64,000 nt of DNA from positions 1 through 64,000 of the forward strand of contig BTUM01000009.1 in the NCBI GenBank assembly GCA_045863235.1, in the 5' to 3' direction. Positions 9,269 to 19,228 of this stretch are shown piece by piece. The DNA is from Candidatus Xenobia bacterium (lineage in GTDB: Bacteria > Vulcanimicrobiota > Xenobia > Xenobiales > QWHO01). The notes beneath the pieces were generated by a model. That model was not told the origin of the DNA. It searched no databases and saw only the letters and a list, made by a program, of their open reading frames with translations. The translations under genes were made by a program, and so were the position numbers. The stretch's first letter is position 1; every line of letters starts with the position of its first letter.

Positions 9269-10270
9269 TCAATCGGCCAGAACTCGGTCGCGGCCGCTCG
9301 CCTTGGCGCGATACAACCGCTCGTCGGCCTTCTTGAGCACCTGGGCAGCCTGCTCACCGTCCTCCGGGAAGACCCCGACCCCCCCGCTGATGCTGATCTT
9401 GCCCAGAGGCTGGGAGTCCGAGTTGGCAAAGGTCTGGGCGGCGATGGCCGCCCGCAGTCGGTCAGCCACGCGCTCAGCGGCCTCGCGTCCGGCCCGGGGC
9501 AGGAGAATCACGAACTCCTCGCCGCCGTAGCGAGCCAGCACCAGGTCGTCGGAGCGGATCTGGCTCTGAGCCAGGCGGGCCAGGCCCTGCAGTAAGGCAT
9601 CTCCCAACTGGTGACCGTTGGAATCGTTATAATGCTTGAAATGGTCCACATCAAACAGAAAGATGCAATACCCCAGACCTTCGAGCGAGGCGCGCTGGTG
9701 GAGCTCGTCCAGTGACTCCTGGAAATAGCGCCGATTGTAGCAGCCGGTCAGGTAATCGCGCACGGCCAGGTCGGCCAGCCGCTCGTTGGCCTCCTGCAAT
9801 TCCTCGGTGCGCTCCTCGACCCGCTGCTCGAGTTGCATGTTGTACTGCTCGAGCTCTTCCATCTTGCGGGTGAGATCCTCCACCAGCGCTTCCTGCAAGC
9901 GCCGGAAGCGGCCCGCCAGCGTCTCCAGCAGCTCCAGCGCCAGGCGAGGCGAGCCCTCGAGCACCTGCTCGAACTGGCAGCGGTTGAGCCGATACGCCAG
10001 CACCTCAGTCTCTGCCGTCATGGTGGCGCTGCGCCGGGCGGGAACGAGTAGCGCCATCTCGCCCACCACGTCTCCCCGGCTGCGGGTGGCCAGCGCGTGC
10101 AGCTTGCCTCGGGTGGTCTTACTCACGGCCACTGAGCCCCGGCGAATCAGATAGACGCAGTCGCCCGGGGCTCCCTCACGGCACAAGAGCTCACCTGGAG
10201 AGAACCGCACCCGCGAGCATTCTCGCAAGAGCAGGCGGAGGTCGGCGAAAGTTGGCTCCCAGTCAGCCAC
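9269..10270 (-). CDS. cNMP-binding domain diguanylate cyclase
   Basis: cNMP motif GEMALL...RRSAT, coiled coil, DVDHFKHYND, RYGGEEF; GTG 10270 overlaps the upstream gene end. Confidence 0.9.
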   Translation of the reverse strand: MADWEPTFADLRLLLRECSRVRFSPGELLCREGAPGDCVYLIRRGSVAVSKTTRGKLHALATRSRGDVVGEMALLVPARRSATMTAETEVLAYRLNRCQFEQVLEGSPRLALELLETLAGRFRRLQEALVEDLTRKMEELEQYNMQLEQRVEERTEELQEANERLADLAVRDYLTGCYNRRYFQESLDELHQRASLEGLGYCIFLFDVDHFKHYNDSNGHQLGDALLQGLARLAQSQIRSDDLVLARYGGEEFVILLPRAGREAAERVADRLRAAIAAQTFANSDSQPLGKISISGGVGVFPEDGEQAAQVLKKADERLYRAKASGRDRVLAD

Positions 10271-13118
10271 GGAACCAATCGGGGTTGACTCTCGGGAAGA
10301 TGCAGTTGACCAGCTCCAGGTGGCGCACGAACTCAAGCTCGACTTCCTGGCCCTCGTGGGCCAGCCAGAACATCTCCGACAGGCGCCAGAAATCTGCCAG
10401 TGCCCCGAAGAACTGACCCTTCATGCGGTCCACGAAGTGGCCGTTGGAGATCACGAAAGGCAGGTCGCTGGACATCGCCACCATCAGTTGGCGGGCGGCC
10501 TGGCACAGGATGCGCCGGATTGGCCCATCGGGCGGCTGCAGGGCCGCCATCCGGCCCATCTCCTCGGCCGCCTCGTGAGCGTGGCGGTACATCCAGGAGG
10601 TGGCCCCCGACATCCACTTCTCGAAGGTGGCCTTGTCGCCCCAACTGGAAACGTTGGGATGGATCTCCTGAGCGGTGGGATTCTCGGCGAGATAGGCCGA
10701 GGGAGTGGTCAACTCGGTCTGGTTCTGGTCGTAGTGCAGCTTCTTGAAGAGGTTGTAAAGGAACTGGGGACCCTCATACCAGTGATGGCCGAACAGCTCG
10801 GCGTCGTAGGGAGCCACGATCAGAGGCTTCTTCCACATCTGGCCGCTGAGCCAGCGGAAGCGGGCATTGCGACAGGTGATGAAGTGCTCGGCCTGGCTGA
10901 AGGCCTTGCCGGAGGCCCATTCGGGATTATAGGGCTGCTTGGGGCCTCCTGCGCGGTCGGTGATCCGGTTGTACTTGAACGGGCCGCCCCGGATGTGGAA
11001 GTCGAGGTAGTCCGGATCGCCCGGATAGCCCATCTCTCCGCTCCACACCTGTTCGCTCGTCTCGGGGTCGCGCGGCAGCACGGCCACGCGCGAGCCGCGC
11101 ACGAAGACGGGGGCGTTGAGTCCGAACTCGACCGGCGAGTCCGCCCGAGTGACGGTGCTGCCCTCGCTGAAGAAGTAGGCAAAACCCGCCTCCTCCAGGA
11201 AGCGCTCCACGCCGGGCGCGTAAGCGCACTCAGGCAGCCAGACGCCCCGCGAGGCCCGCCCGAAGGTCTGCTCATGGAATTCGGCGGCCGCCAGGCAATG
11301 GCCTCGGATGGCGCTGGGCACCATCTGCCACAGGGGCAACATGGGATGGGTGCCCACGCAGGTGCAGATCTCCAGCTTGCCGCGCTCCTGGAAGTAACTG
11401 AAAGCACGGGTCAAATCGCATCCCCAGCCCAGGTAGACGTCCCGGCAGCGGGCCAGGTGCCGCCGGTGCATGCGGGCAGCGGTGGCGTAGTGGGGCTCTT
11501 CGCGGGTGGTTCGGGCTACCTCCAGGCGAGCCAGGCGCGAGAGTCGGTCCAACGTCTCGACCACGTCGGCCTGGTGGCGCGGACTCTTCATCATGGCCGC
11601 CAGCGGGGGCGAGATGTCGATGGAGAGCTTGAAGTCCACACCCTCATTGGTCAGGGCATCCATGATCTCGAGCAAAGGCAGGTACGTCTCGCGCACCGCC
11701 TCGGCATACCACTCTTGAGGATAGCCCTCGGGGCGCCACTTGTCGCCCTGGCCGAAGTTCACGGGGTCGGGAATGAAGGGCAGATGGGCGTGCAAATGCA
11801 GCAACAGGTAGCCCAGCGAGTAGTGCGAGGTTCCCCGCGGGCTTTCCAGAGGCCGGATGGTGGGGTGATCTCCACGCATCTCCACACGGGAGTAAGATAT
11901 GGGATTGGTTCCGTGGCTCAAGCGCCCGGTCTGAGCGGGGTTGGAGAGCTCGGTCAGCGGTTCTTCCTTCCAGCCGTCGATCCAGGCCACCAGCTGCACC
12001 CGATAGACGCGATCGGGCGGGAGCTGCAGGTAGTAATCGCGGGCCGCGTCGAGGTTGACCTCGCGGTCGTGCTCGGGCTGGTGGTGCATCCCTCCGCCCC
12101 ACTCGTGGAATACCTTGAGCTGGCAGCGCACCCGGCCGAGCAGGTCGCCGTGCTTGTCGGTCAGGGTCTGCCAGCTGGACGCCTCAACGTGCCAGTAGCA
12201 GTAAAGCCACTCCTCGGAGTTTGGCATCAACACCACCCGGTTGGGCCGCCAGGGCAGGGTCAGCGGGCGCGACACCAGCACCGTCTTCTTGCGAGCCACC
12301 AGGCGGGCCACGTAACGGCCCGGCTCCAGGCCCCAGAAGAACCAGTCGCCGGAAGCCTCGACGGGGCGGTCCTCGTGGTCTCGATAGGTCTGGCCGTCCT
12401 TTTCCAGTTGGAGCTTGAGCCCCCTGGGGGCCTCAGGCAGCGACCACACCGCCTTCAGCTGCAGGGTATCCGTCTCCACGATCTGGCGAATCAAGCTGAG
12501 CGAGGGCGCCGGGGGGCTGACGGTAAAGTCCACCGCGGCCAGCACCTCGAGCGGCTCGACCGGTGGGCGTCGAGCCAGGAAGAGCGTCTTGAGCGGCGCC
12601 GTCTCGTCGGGCCGGCGGACGCAAAGCTCCACGTGGCGGATGCGCCCCTCGAGGTAGAGGTGGTCGCGCTCGGGAACTTCGAACCAGGTGACCGTGCCGT
12701 CCACCCAGGTGACCCGCAGGGCCACCTGGGCCTGGGTGTCCCAGTGCAGGTGGTGGAGCGAGGAGACCTCGTGCTCGATGGCGGCCCAATCCAGCCCGGG
12801 CCATAGGATCACCTGGCTGCCTGGACTGTCTTGCAGCCAGACCACGCCCGGCACCTGGTCGTGGGTGGTGCGCACCTCGACCTCGGGGCGAAACGTCCGG
12901 GCCAGCTCGATTCGAAAGGAGCCTGGCTCCAGAAAAAGCTCCTTCTGGGTCAGGTAATTGACCCGGAAAGCGTGCTTGAGCTGGCTCTGCTCGAGTACTC
13001 GGAGGACCAGGTCCTCGTCGGCGTAATTGACCCGCTGGAGATAGCTGGGGTCCCAACTGGCGGCCACGTGGCCGGCGGCCACCTCGACCTGCATGTGATT
13101 GGCCTGGTAAACGGACAT
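10263..13118 (-). CDS. GH57 1,4-alpha-glucan branching enzyme with N-terminal DUF4912-like region
   Basis: HLHAHLPF, ETYLPLL, WLPECAY, APYDAELFGHHWYEGP, SSWG; DUF4912-like 'WLYCYW...ARDYYL...SNPAQT'. Confidence 0.85.
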   Translation of the reverse strand: MSVYQANHMQVEVAAGHVAASWDPSYLQRVNYADEDLVLRVLEQSQLKHAFRVNYLTQKELFLEPGSFRIELARTFRPEVEVRTTHDQVPGVVWLQDSPGSQVILWPGLDWAAIEHEVSSLHHLHWDTQAQVALRVTWVDGTVTWFEVPERDHLYLEGRIRHVELCVRRPDETAPLKTLFLARRPPVEPLEVLAAVDFTVSPPAPSLSLIRQIVETDTLQLKAVWSLPEAPRGLKLQLEKDGQTYRDHEDRPVEASGDWFFWGLEPGRYVARLVARKKTVLVSRPLTLPWRPNRVVLMPNSEEWLYCYWHVEASSWQTLTDKHGDLLGRVRCQLKVFHEWGGGMHHQPEHDREVNLDAARDYYLQLPPDRVYRVQLVAWIDGWKEEPLTELSNPAQTGRLSHGTNPISYSRVEMRGDHPTIRPLESPRGTSHYSLGYLLLHLHAHLPFIPDPVNFGQGDKWRPEGYPQEWYAEAVRETYLPLLEIMDALTNEGVDFKLSIDISPPLAAMMKSPRHQADVVETLDRLSRLARLEVARTTREEPHYATAARMHRRHLARCRDVYLGWGCDLTRAFSYFQERGKLEICTCVGTHPMLPLWQMVPSAIRGHCLAAAEFHEQTFGRASRGVWLPECAYAPGVERFLEEAGFAYFFSEGSTVTRADSPVEFGLNAPVFVRGSRVAVLPRDPETSEQVWSGEMGYPGDPDYLDFHIRGGPFKYNRITDRAGGPKQPYNPEWASGKAFSQAEHFITCRNARFRWLSGQMWKKPLIVAPYDAELFGHHWYEGPQFLYNLFKKLHYDQNQTELTTPSAYLAENPTAQEIHPNVSSWGDKATFEKWMSGATSWMYRHAHEAAEEMGRMAALQPPDGPIRRILCQAARQLMVAMSSDLPFVISNGHFVDRMKGQFFGALADFWRLSEMFWLAHEGQEVELEFVRHLELVNCIFPRVNPDWFRG

Positions 13119-13181
13119 GCCGCTTTGTGCGCCCGGAGCCGAAAGGAATCCTGCCCTGCCGAGGCGATAGCCTGACAGGCT

Positions 13182-14546
13182 ATGCTAGACTTTCCCGACC
13201 CCCTGGTGGCCCGCTACCTCGAGCCAGAGAAGCTGCTCGAGCCCGCCCGCCGCTTGCTCTCCGACCAGGCTCTCTATCTCGACTACTGCGTGCGGCTGGA
13301 GCTGAACTGGCTGCGAGTGCTCGCTCGCCACGGCCGCTTTGCCGAGAACCTGGTGGATGAAGCCGAGGAGCGCTGCGCCGACATCGGCATTCAGGAGATC
13401 GCCGAGGAGGAGGCCCGCGTCCACCACGACCTGAAAGCCGTGGTCAACGTGATGACCCGCTACTGCCCCGAGGAGCTGCGGCCCTACGTGCACCTGGGGG
13501 CAACCTCCTATGACATCCTCAGCAACGCCCATCTTCTGAGATTGCGTGACGGGTGCCGCGAGATCGCTTTGCCAGCTCTGGAGGCGGTGGCCCGCGAGCT
13601 GATCCGGCTGGCCCGCCAGGAAGCCGAGACCCACCAGGTGGGCCGCACTCACGGCCAGCATGCCGAGCCCGTGACCTTCGGGCACGCGATGGCGGTCTAC
13701 CTGGATCGTCTGGGCTTCTGCATCCAGTCGCTCAAGCGCTCGCTGAGCGAGCTTCGAGGCAAGTTCAGCGGAGCGGTGGGAGCTTACAACACGCTGGGGC
13801 TGCTCTTTGAGGATCCGCGCGAGGTCGAGAGAGAGGTGCTGGCCCTGGCCGACCTTGCGCCGGCTCGCAACTCCACCCAGATCACCCACCCCGAGCCGGC
13901 CCTGGCGGTCTTCCACCACCTGACGGCGGCCTTCGGGGTGCTGGCCAACCTGGCCGACGACCTGCGCCACCTGCAGCGCACCGAGCTGGCCGAGGTGGCC
14001 GAGGCCTATCGCGAGGGATCCCAGGTGGGCTCCTCGGCCATGCCCCACAAGCGCAACCCGATCACCTGGGAGAACGTCAAGAGCCTCTGGAAGGTCTTCA
14101 TGCCCCAGATCATGACCTGCTACCTGGATCAGATCTCCGAGCACCAGCGCGATCTTTCCAACTCAGCCTCGGCTCGCTTTCTGCCCCGGCTGGTATTGGG
14201 GCTCTCGGTGGCCGCCCGCCGCTCGGCCCGGGGCCTTGCGGGCCTCTATGTCGACCGCCAGCAGATGCAGCACAATCTTGGACTGACCGGCCAGATCATC
14301 TCAGGACCCGCCCAGACCCTGTTCAGCTGGCTGGGAATCGCCGACGCCCACGAGACGGTCCGCCGCCTCAGCCTGCAGGCCCAGAAGGAGCGCGTGCCCC
14401 TGCTCAGCTTGCTGGGACCCGAGCTGCTCGAGCCCCTGAGCCAGGCCCAACGCCAGGCTCTGGAAGATCCACTCCGGCTTACCCGACATGCCTCTCAAGC
14501 CGCTCGCGAGGTGGCCGACTTCTGGGAGAGGGATCTTGGGTGCTGA
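13182..14546 (+). CDS. purB: Adenylosuccinate lyase
   Basis: HHDLKA, HLGATSYDI, GRTHGQHAEP, GSSAMPHKRNPI, EHQRDLSNS. Confidence 0.92.
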   Translation: MLDFPDPLVARYLEPEKLLEPARRLLSDQALYLDYCVRLELNWLRVLARHGRFAENLVDEAEERCADIGIQEIAEEEARVHHDLKAVVNVMTRYCPEELRPYVHLGATSYDILSNAHLLRLRDGCREIALPALEAVARELIRLARQEAETHQVGRTHGQHAEPVTFGHAMAVYLDRLGFCIQSLKRSLSELRGKFSGAVGAYNTLGLLFEDPREVEREVLALADLAPARNSTQITHPEPALAVFHHLTAAFGVLANLADDLRHLQRTELAEVAEAYREGSQVGSSAMPHKRNPITWENVKSLWKVFMPQIMTCYLDQISEHQRDLSNSASARFLPRLVLGLSVAARRSARGLAGLYVDRQQMQHNLGLTGQIISGPAQTLFSWLGIADAHETVRRLSLQAQKERVPLLSLLGPELLEPLSQAQRQALEDPLRLTRHASQAAREVADFWERDLGC

Positions 14547-14581
14547 AGAGAATTCAATCTCTGGCACATTCTTGAGCCCTG

Positions 14582-14590
14582 TGCTATAGT
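14582..14590 (+). promoter_or_regulatory. Extended -10 promoter element
   Basis: TGcTATAGT; the same TGTGCTATAGT string occurs at 36428-36438. Confidence 0.45.
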
Positions 14591-14633
14591 GGGCCCGCCC
14601 CAGGGGCGAGCAGTTTGAGGCAGGTTTTGCGCG

Positions 14634-15323
14634 ATGTCGAGGAGAGAGCGTTCACAAGACGGATTCTGGCCCAAGGTGATGGTGGCCACCATCGTCGTCA
14701 TCTGGGTCTCACTGGTGGCCGGCAACTGGCTGGGTAACTATGCAATCGGCATGTTGTCGGGCAAAGAGACCGAGCCCACCGAGTTCAAGCAAGACTTGAT
14801 GCGTGGCGCCCGCCCTCGCCCCTGGCAGAAGGTCGACCCCAAATTGCAGGAAGAGGTTGAGCGCCAGCGGGCCCGCCTCACCGGCGAGAAGCCCCGCCCG
14901 CAGCCCCAGGAGGTCGTAACCGCCTCGCCGGTCCCCCCGGACGCCAAGGCCACCGCCACCTCCACACCCAAACCGGCCGCCACCGCCGAGCCTCCGGCTC
15001 CCGAGGCCACCCCGGCCGACGTGTCGGTTGCCCCCACTCCGGAGCAGAGCGAGACGCCGGCCGAGCCCACTCCGACTCCGGCCGCCCCCGCTTCGGACGC
15101 CGTCGAGCTGCAGTTTGGATCCTTCTCGAGCGAAGAGAACGCCAAGCAGCTGATCGACGAGTTGTCCAAACAGGGGCAGAACGCCCGCCTGGAAGCCGTT
15201 CCCACCGACAACGGCACGGTCTATCGCGTGCGCGGAGGTGGCTTCACGGGTGAGGAAGAGGCCAAATCGCAGCTTGAAAAGCTGCGTGAGCAGGGAATCG
15301 ACGCTTTCGTCGTCAACCCCTGA
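14634..15323 (+). CDS. SPOR-domain membrane protein (FtsN/DedD-like)
   Basis: N-terminal TM, Pro/Ala/Thr linker, LQFGSFSSEENA...YRVRGGGF...IDAFV. Confidence 0.85.
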   Translation: MSRRERSQDGFWPKVMVATIVVIWVSLVAGNWLGNYAIGMLSGKETEPTEFKQDLMRGARPRPWQKVDPKLQEEVERQRARLTGEKPRPQPQEVVTASPVPPDAKATATSTPKPAATAEPPAPEATPADVSVAPTPEQSETPAEPTPTPAAPASDAVELQFGSFSSEENAKQLIDELSKQGQNARLEAVPTDNGTVYRVRGGGFTGEEEAKSQLEKLREQGIDAFVVNP

Positions 15324-15328
15324 GGATT

Positions 15329-16312
15329 GTGTCGCTGAGCTCCGAACTACCCGAGACCGAACGCAGCTGGGCGCGTTCGGTCAAAATTCTGGTGGTGGAT
15401 GACGATCCCAGCCTGCTGCGGATGGTCAAGACCTTGCTGACTTGCTCCAACCGCGAGTACGAGGTGCTCACCGCCGGGTCGGGCGCGGAAGCCATCGAGG
15501 TGGCTCGAGCAGAGGTCCCCGACCTGATCCTGCTCGACCTGATGATGCCCGAGATGGACGGCATCGAGGTGTGCCGCCGCCTGCGCCAGAACCGCCTCAC
15601 CTACCTCATCCCGGTGGTGATGCTGACCGCTTCGGGCCAGGGCCACCGACTCGACGCCCTGCGCACCGGGGTAGACGACTATCTCCAGAAACCGTTCGAC
15701 CCGGTCGAGCTGGAGGCCCGCATCGAAGGCCTGGTGCTGCGCTTCCGCCAGACGCGCGCCTCCAACCCGCTGACCGGCCTGCCAGGCAACTTCTCGATCG
15801 AGCAGGAGATCACGCGGCGCATCTTGCGCAACGAGCGCATGGCCTGCTGCTACGTCGATCTGGACAACTTCAAGGCCTACAACGACAAGTACGGCTTCGA
15901 AAAAGGGGACGAATGCATCCAGCTGGTGGCCCGGGTGCTGGTGGGGGCCGCCGAGGAGGTGGGCCGCGCGGATGACTTCGTGGGCCACATCGGAGGCGAC
16001 GACTTCATCTACATCACCAATCCCGACCAGGTCGACGCCATCTGCACGCAGGTGATCGAGCGCTTCGACGGCCTGGTCCCTTCCCAGTATTCCGAAGAGG
16101 ACCGCCAGGCCGGATTCATCGAGGTCATCAACCGCCAGAACCAGGTCCAGAAGTTCCCCCTGATGTCCCTTTCCATCGGAGTGGCCACCAACGTGCGGCG
16201 AACCTTCACCAGCGCCCTGCAGGTATCTGAGATCGCGGCCGAGATGAAGCACGCCGCCAAGAGCCGCAACGCTGGCCGGAGCACCTTCATCGTCGACCGC
16301 CGCTCGTCGTGA
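15329..16312 (+). CDS. Response regulator with GGDEF domain
   Basis: Receiver ILVVDDD/DLMMP/KPF; NPLTGLPGN, DLDNFKAYNDKYG, GHIGGDDF. Confidence 0.9.
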   Translation: MSLSSELPETERSWARSVKILVVDDDPSLLRMVKTLLTCSNREYEVLTAGSGAEAIEVARAEVPDLILLDLMMPEMDGIEVCRRLRQNRLTYLIPVVMLTASGQGHRLDALRTGVDDYLQKPFDPVELEARIEGLVLRFRQTRASNPLTGLPGNFSIEQEITRRILRNERMACCYVDLDNFKAYNDKYGFEKGDECIQLVARVLVGAAEEVGRADDFVGHIGGDDFIYITNPDQVDAICTQVIERFDGLVPSQYSEEDRQAGFIEVINRQNQVQKFPLMSLSIGVATNVRRTFTSALQVSEIAAEMKHAAKSRNAGRSTFIVDRRSS

Positions 16313-17181
16313 TCGAGCTGGGGCAGTTCCAGCCCACCGGCCCGACTTCGGTGGCGCTGGGGTTCTTCGATGGGGTCCACCGGGGGCACCAGGCCCTGCT
16401 CTCGCGGGCCGAGGTGGCCTTCACCTTCTCCAACCACCCAGAGACGGTGCTCCGCCCCGATTCCGCCCCACCGCTCCTGACCACCTTCGCCGAGCGCGGC
16501 CAGATCATCGAGTCCATGGGCCGCACGGTCGTCTATCGCGAGTTCGACCGAGATTTTGCCTCGATGGCGCCCGATCGGTTCGCCCGCGAGGTGTTGCGAG
16601 GGCAGCTGCAAGCCGAACGCCTGGTGATGGGGCCCAATTACCGCTTCGGCCACCGCGCCGCCGGCACGCCCGAGCTGTTGCGCGAGCTCGGCTTCGAGAT
16701 CACCCTGGTGGATCCGGTCGAGCAGTGGGGCCAGGTCATCTCCAGCACCGGCATCCGCCAGCTGCTCACGCGCGGACGCGCCTCAGAAGCGGCCAACTGC
16801 ATGGGCCGCCCCTACAGCTGGCGCCAGACCGTGGCTCGCGGCCAGCAGCGGGGGCGAGAGCTGGGCACCCCCACGGCCAATCTGCCCCTCCCGGAGGGGA
16901 AAGTGGTGCCGGCCCTGGGCGTCTACGTGATGCAGGCCGAGCTGGAGGGGAGCGTCTACAACGCGGTGGCCAACCTGGGGATACGCCCTACTTTCGGCCA
17001 GAGCACGGCCCCCTTGCTGGAGGTGCACCTGCTGGACTTCGAGGGCGACCTCTACGACCGCGAGCTGACCGTGCGTTTCCTGGGCCGCCTGCGCGAAGAG
17101 CGGCGCTTCGACGGCCTGGAGTCCCTGCGCGAGCAGATCGCCCGCGATCGAGAGCAGGCCCTGCAGTTCTTCGGTGCCTGA
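16309..17181 (+). CDS. ribF: Bifunctional FAD synthetase/riboflavin kinase
   Basis: GFFDGVHRGHQ, ISSTGIR, GRELGTPTAN, NLGIRPTF, LEVHLLDF. Confidence 0.93.
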   Translation: MIELGQFQPTGPTSVALGFFDGVHRGHQALLSRAEVAFTFSNHPETVLRPDSAPPLLTTFAERGQIIESMGRTVVYREFDRDFASMAPDRFAREVLRGQLQAERLVMGPNYRFGHRAAGTPELLRELGFEITLVDPVEQWGQVISSTGIRQLLTRGRASEAANCMGRPYSWRQTVARGQQRGRELGTPTANLPLPEGKVVPALGVYVMQAELEGSVYNAVANLGIRPTFGQSTAPLLEVHLLDFEGDLYDRELTVRFLGRLREERRFDGLESLREQIARDREQALQFFGA

Positions 17182-17677
17182 GGAGAGTTGCCCCGACCCG
17201 CCCCGCAAGGGCGGTTGTCGCTTCGACCCCGCCAGCATCCTGACCGACCCGACCCGGCTCGAGCCGCCGGTGGAGGGCCTGACCATCGTCTTGCGCCAGC
17301 GACCGACTGCCGAGGTGCAGGCCTGGCTCGGGCTGGTCCGCCAGGTCGAGCTAAGCTGGCGGGCTCCCTGGGAGGATCTCGAGCTGGTCAGACCCTGGAC
17401 CCTGCGCCTGGAGGACCTGGTGGTGGGCCAGGAGGACGATCTTTTCGAGCTGGAAAGCTTGATCCGTCGGGCCCGGGAACGGGGGGCCACCCACCTGCTC
17501 GCTTCGCTCTCTTGGCAGGATACCGAGCCCTGCGAAGAGTATCAGCATCGCCTGCTGGGACTGATTCGCAGCCTCTGCGACCAGGCCGGCCTCACCTTCG
17601 CGGCTCAGGTTCCGGGAGCGAAGGTCAATCAGTACCTGGCCTCGGCGAACTGCTGCCGCTGGCCCAAGAAAGGCTGA
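17174..17677 (+). CDS. Hypothetical protein
   Basis: Fills the gap between ribF and gcvT, overlapping ribF by 8 nt; no recognisable motif. Confidence 0.6.
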   Translation: MPEESCPDPPRKGGCRFDPASILTDPTRLEPPVEGLTIVLRQRPTAEVQAWLGLVRQVELSWRAPWEDLELVRPWTLRLEDLVVGQEDDLFELESLIRRARERGATHLLASLSWQDTEPCEEYQHRLLGLIRSLCDQAGLTFAAQVPGAKVNQYLASANCCRWPKKG

Positions 17678-17681
17678 ATCG

Positions 17682-18785
17682 ATGTCGACCGCCACGCTCC
17701 GCACCCCGCTTTGTGAGGTTCACCGCCAGGAAGGCGCCAAGATGGTCGATTTTGCCGGCTGGGAGATGCCCATCGAATACACCGGCATCAAGCAAGAGCA
17801 CCTCTCGGTGCGCCAGGATGCGGGATTGTTCGATCTGTCCCACATGGGCGAGATCGAGGTGGTCGGTCCGGGCGCACTGGACTTCATCCAGGGGCTCATC
17901 ACCAACGACCTGACCCGCTGCGCTGCCATGCAGTGCCAGTACAGCACGATGTGCAACGAGAGCGGCCGGGTGCTCGATGACCTGATCACCTATCGCTTCT
18001 CGGACGAGCGCTTCATCCTGGTGGTGAACGCCTCCAACCGCGAGAAGATCGTCGGCTGGATGCAGGCTCATCGCCCTGCTCAGGGCGTGGAGCTCAAGGA
18101 CCTCTCCATGGCGACCGCTCTGATCGCCATCCAGGGCCCCCACGCCCAGGAGAAGCTTCAGCCCTTCTGCTCTCTCGACCTGGAGACGATCCGCTACTAC
18201 CACTTCCACCAGGGCGAGGCGGCCGTGGCCGGCAAGCTGGCGCTGGTATCGCGCACCGGCTACACGGGGGACGACGGCTTCGAGATCTACTGCCAGGCTG
18301 GCGACGCCGAGGCCATCTGGAAGGCCCTGCGAGGAGCGGGCGTTCCCCCCATCGGCCTGGGAGCGCGCGACACCCTGCGCCTGGAGTCGGGCTACTCGCT
18401 CTACGGCCACGAAATCGACGAACAGACCAGCCCCCTGGAAGCCGGGTTGGGGTGGGTGGTGAAGCTCGACAAGTCGGGGTTCGTGGGACGCGAGGCCCTG
18501 GTCGAGCAAAAGCAGGCGGGCGTCAAACGCACCGTAGTGGGGCTTTTGATGGAGGGGCGGGCCATCCCCCGCGAGGGCTATCGAGTTTTGCGCGACGGAC
18601 AGGACGTAGGCCGCGTCACCAGTGGAACCTACTCCCCTTCGCTGAGCAAAGGGATCGCCCTGGCGTCCGTGGAAAGCACCTGCCGCCCTGAGGGCACGAA
18701 TCTTCAGGTGGACGTGCGAGGACGTGCCGAAAACGCTCGCGTCGTCAAGCCTCCCTTCGTGGCCGGGAGCGTTCGCCGAAACTGA
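17682..18785 (+). CDS. gcvT: Glycine cleavage system aminomethyltransferase T
   Basis: FAGWEMPIEY, FDLSHMGEI, SRTGYTGDDGFEI, GLGARDTLRLE. Confidence 0.95.
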   Translation: MSTATLRTPLCEVHRQEGAKMVDFAGWEMPIEYTGIKQEHLSVRQDAGLFDLSHMGEIEVVGPGALDFIQGLITNDLTRCAAMQCQYSTMCNESGRVLDDLITYRFSDERFILVVNASNREKIVGWMQAHRPAQGVELKDLSMATALIAIQGPHAQEKLQPFCSLDLETIRYYHFHQGEAAVAGKLALVSRTGYTGDDGFEIYCQAGDAEAIWKALRGAGVPPIGLGARDTLRLESGYSLYGHEIDEQTSPLEAGLGWVVKLDKSGFVGREALVEQKQAGVKRTVVGLLMEGRAIPREGYRVLRDGQDVGRVTSGTYSPSLSKGIALASVESTCRPEGTNLQVDVRGRAENARVVKPPFVAGSVRRN

Positions 18786-18831
18786 GCGCAGCTACGAGGG
18801 GGGAACAGGTTAATAAGGAGAGAGCATCCGC

Positions 18832-19224
18832 ATGATTCCAGAGGATCTTCGCTACACCAAAGAGCACGAGTGGGTTCGGCTGTCCAACGGGGTGGGTGAA
18901 GTCGGGATCACGCACTTTGCTCAAGACCAGCTCGGCGACATCGTCTTCGTCGAGCTGCCCCCCGTGGGCACCCGGCTCGAGGCCAACAAGCGCTTCGGCA
19001 CGGTGGAGTCGGTCAAGACCGTCTCCGACCTCTTTGCCCCCTGCAACGGCGAGGTGGTCGCCATCAACACGCGCCTCAACTCCGATGGAGACGACTTCCA
19101 GCCCGAGCTGATCAATCAGGACCCTTACGGGGGGGGCTGGATGATCAAGGTCAAAGTGGACAACCCCGACGAGGTCACTGCCCTGCTCGATGCCCGAGCT
19201 TACGGCGAGCTCGCCAAGAGCTGA
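18832..19224 (+). CDS. gcvH: Glycine cleavage system H protein
   Basis: YTKEHEW, GITHFAQDQLGDIVFVELP, lipoyl-Lys VESVKT; SD AAGGAG. Confidence 0.95.
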   Translation: MIPEDLRYTKEHEWVRLSNGVGEVGITHFAQDQLGDIVFVELPPVGTRLEANKRFGTVESVKTVSDLFAPCNGEVVAINTRLNSDGDDFQPELINQDPYGGGWMIKVKVDNPDEVTALLDARAYGELAKS

Positions 19225-19228
19225 GTCG

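Noticed and set aside
17600..17700. Glycine riboswitch upstream of gcvT
   Set aside because: Only 4 nt separate gcvT from the upstream ORF and no aptamer motif was seen.
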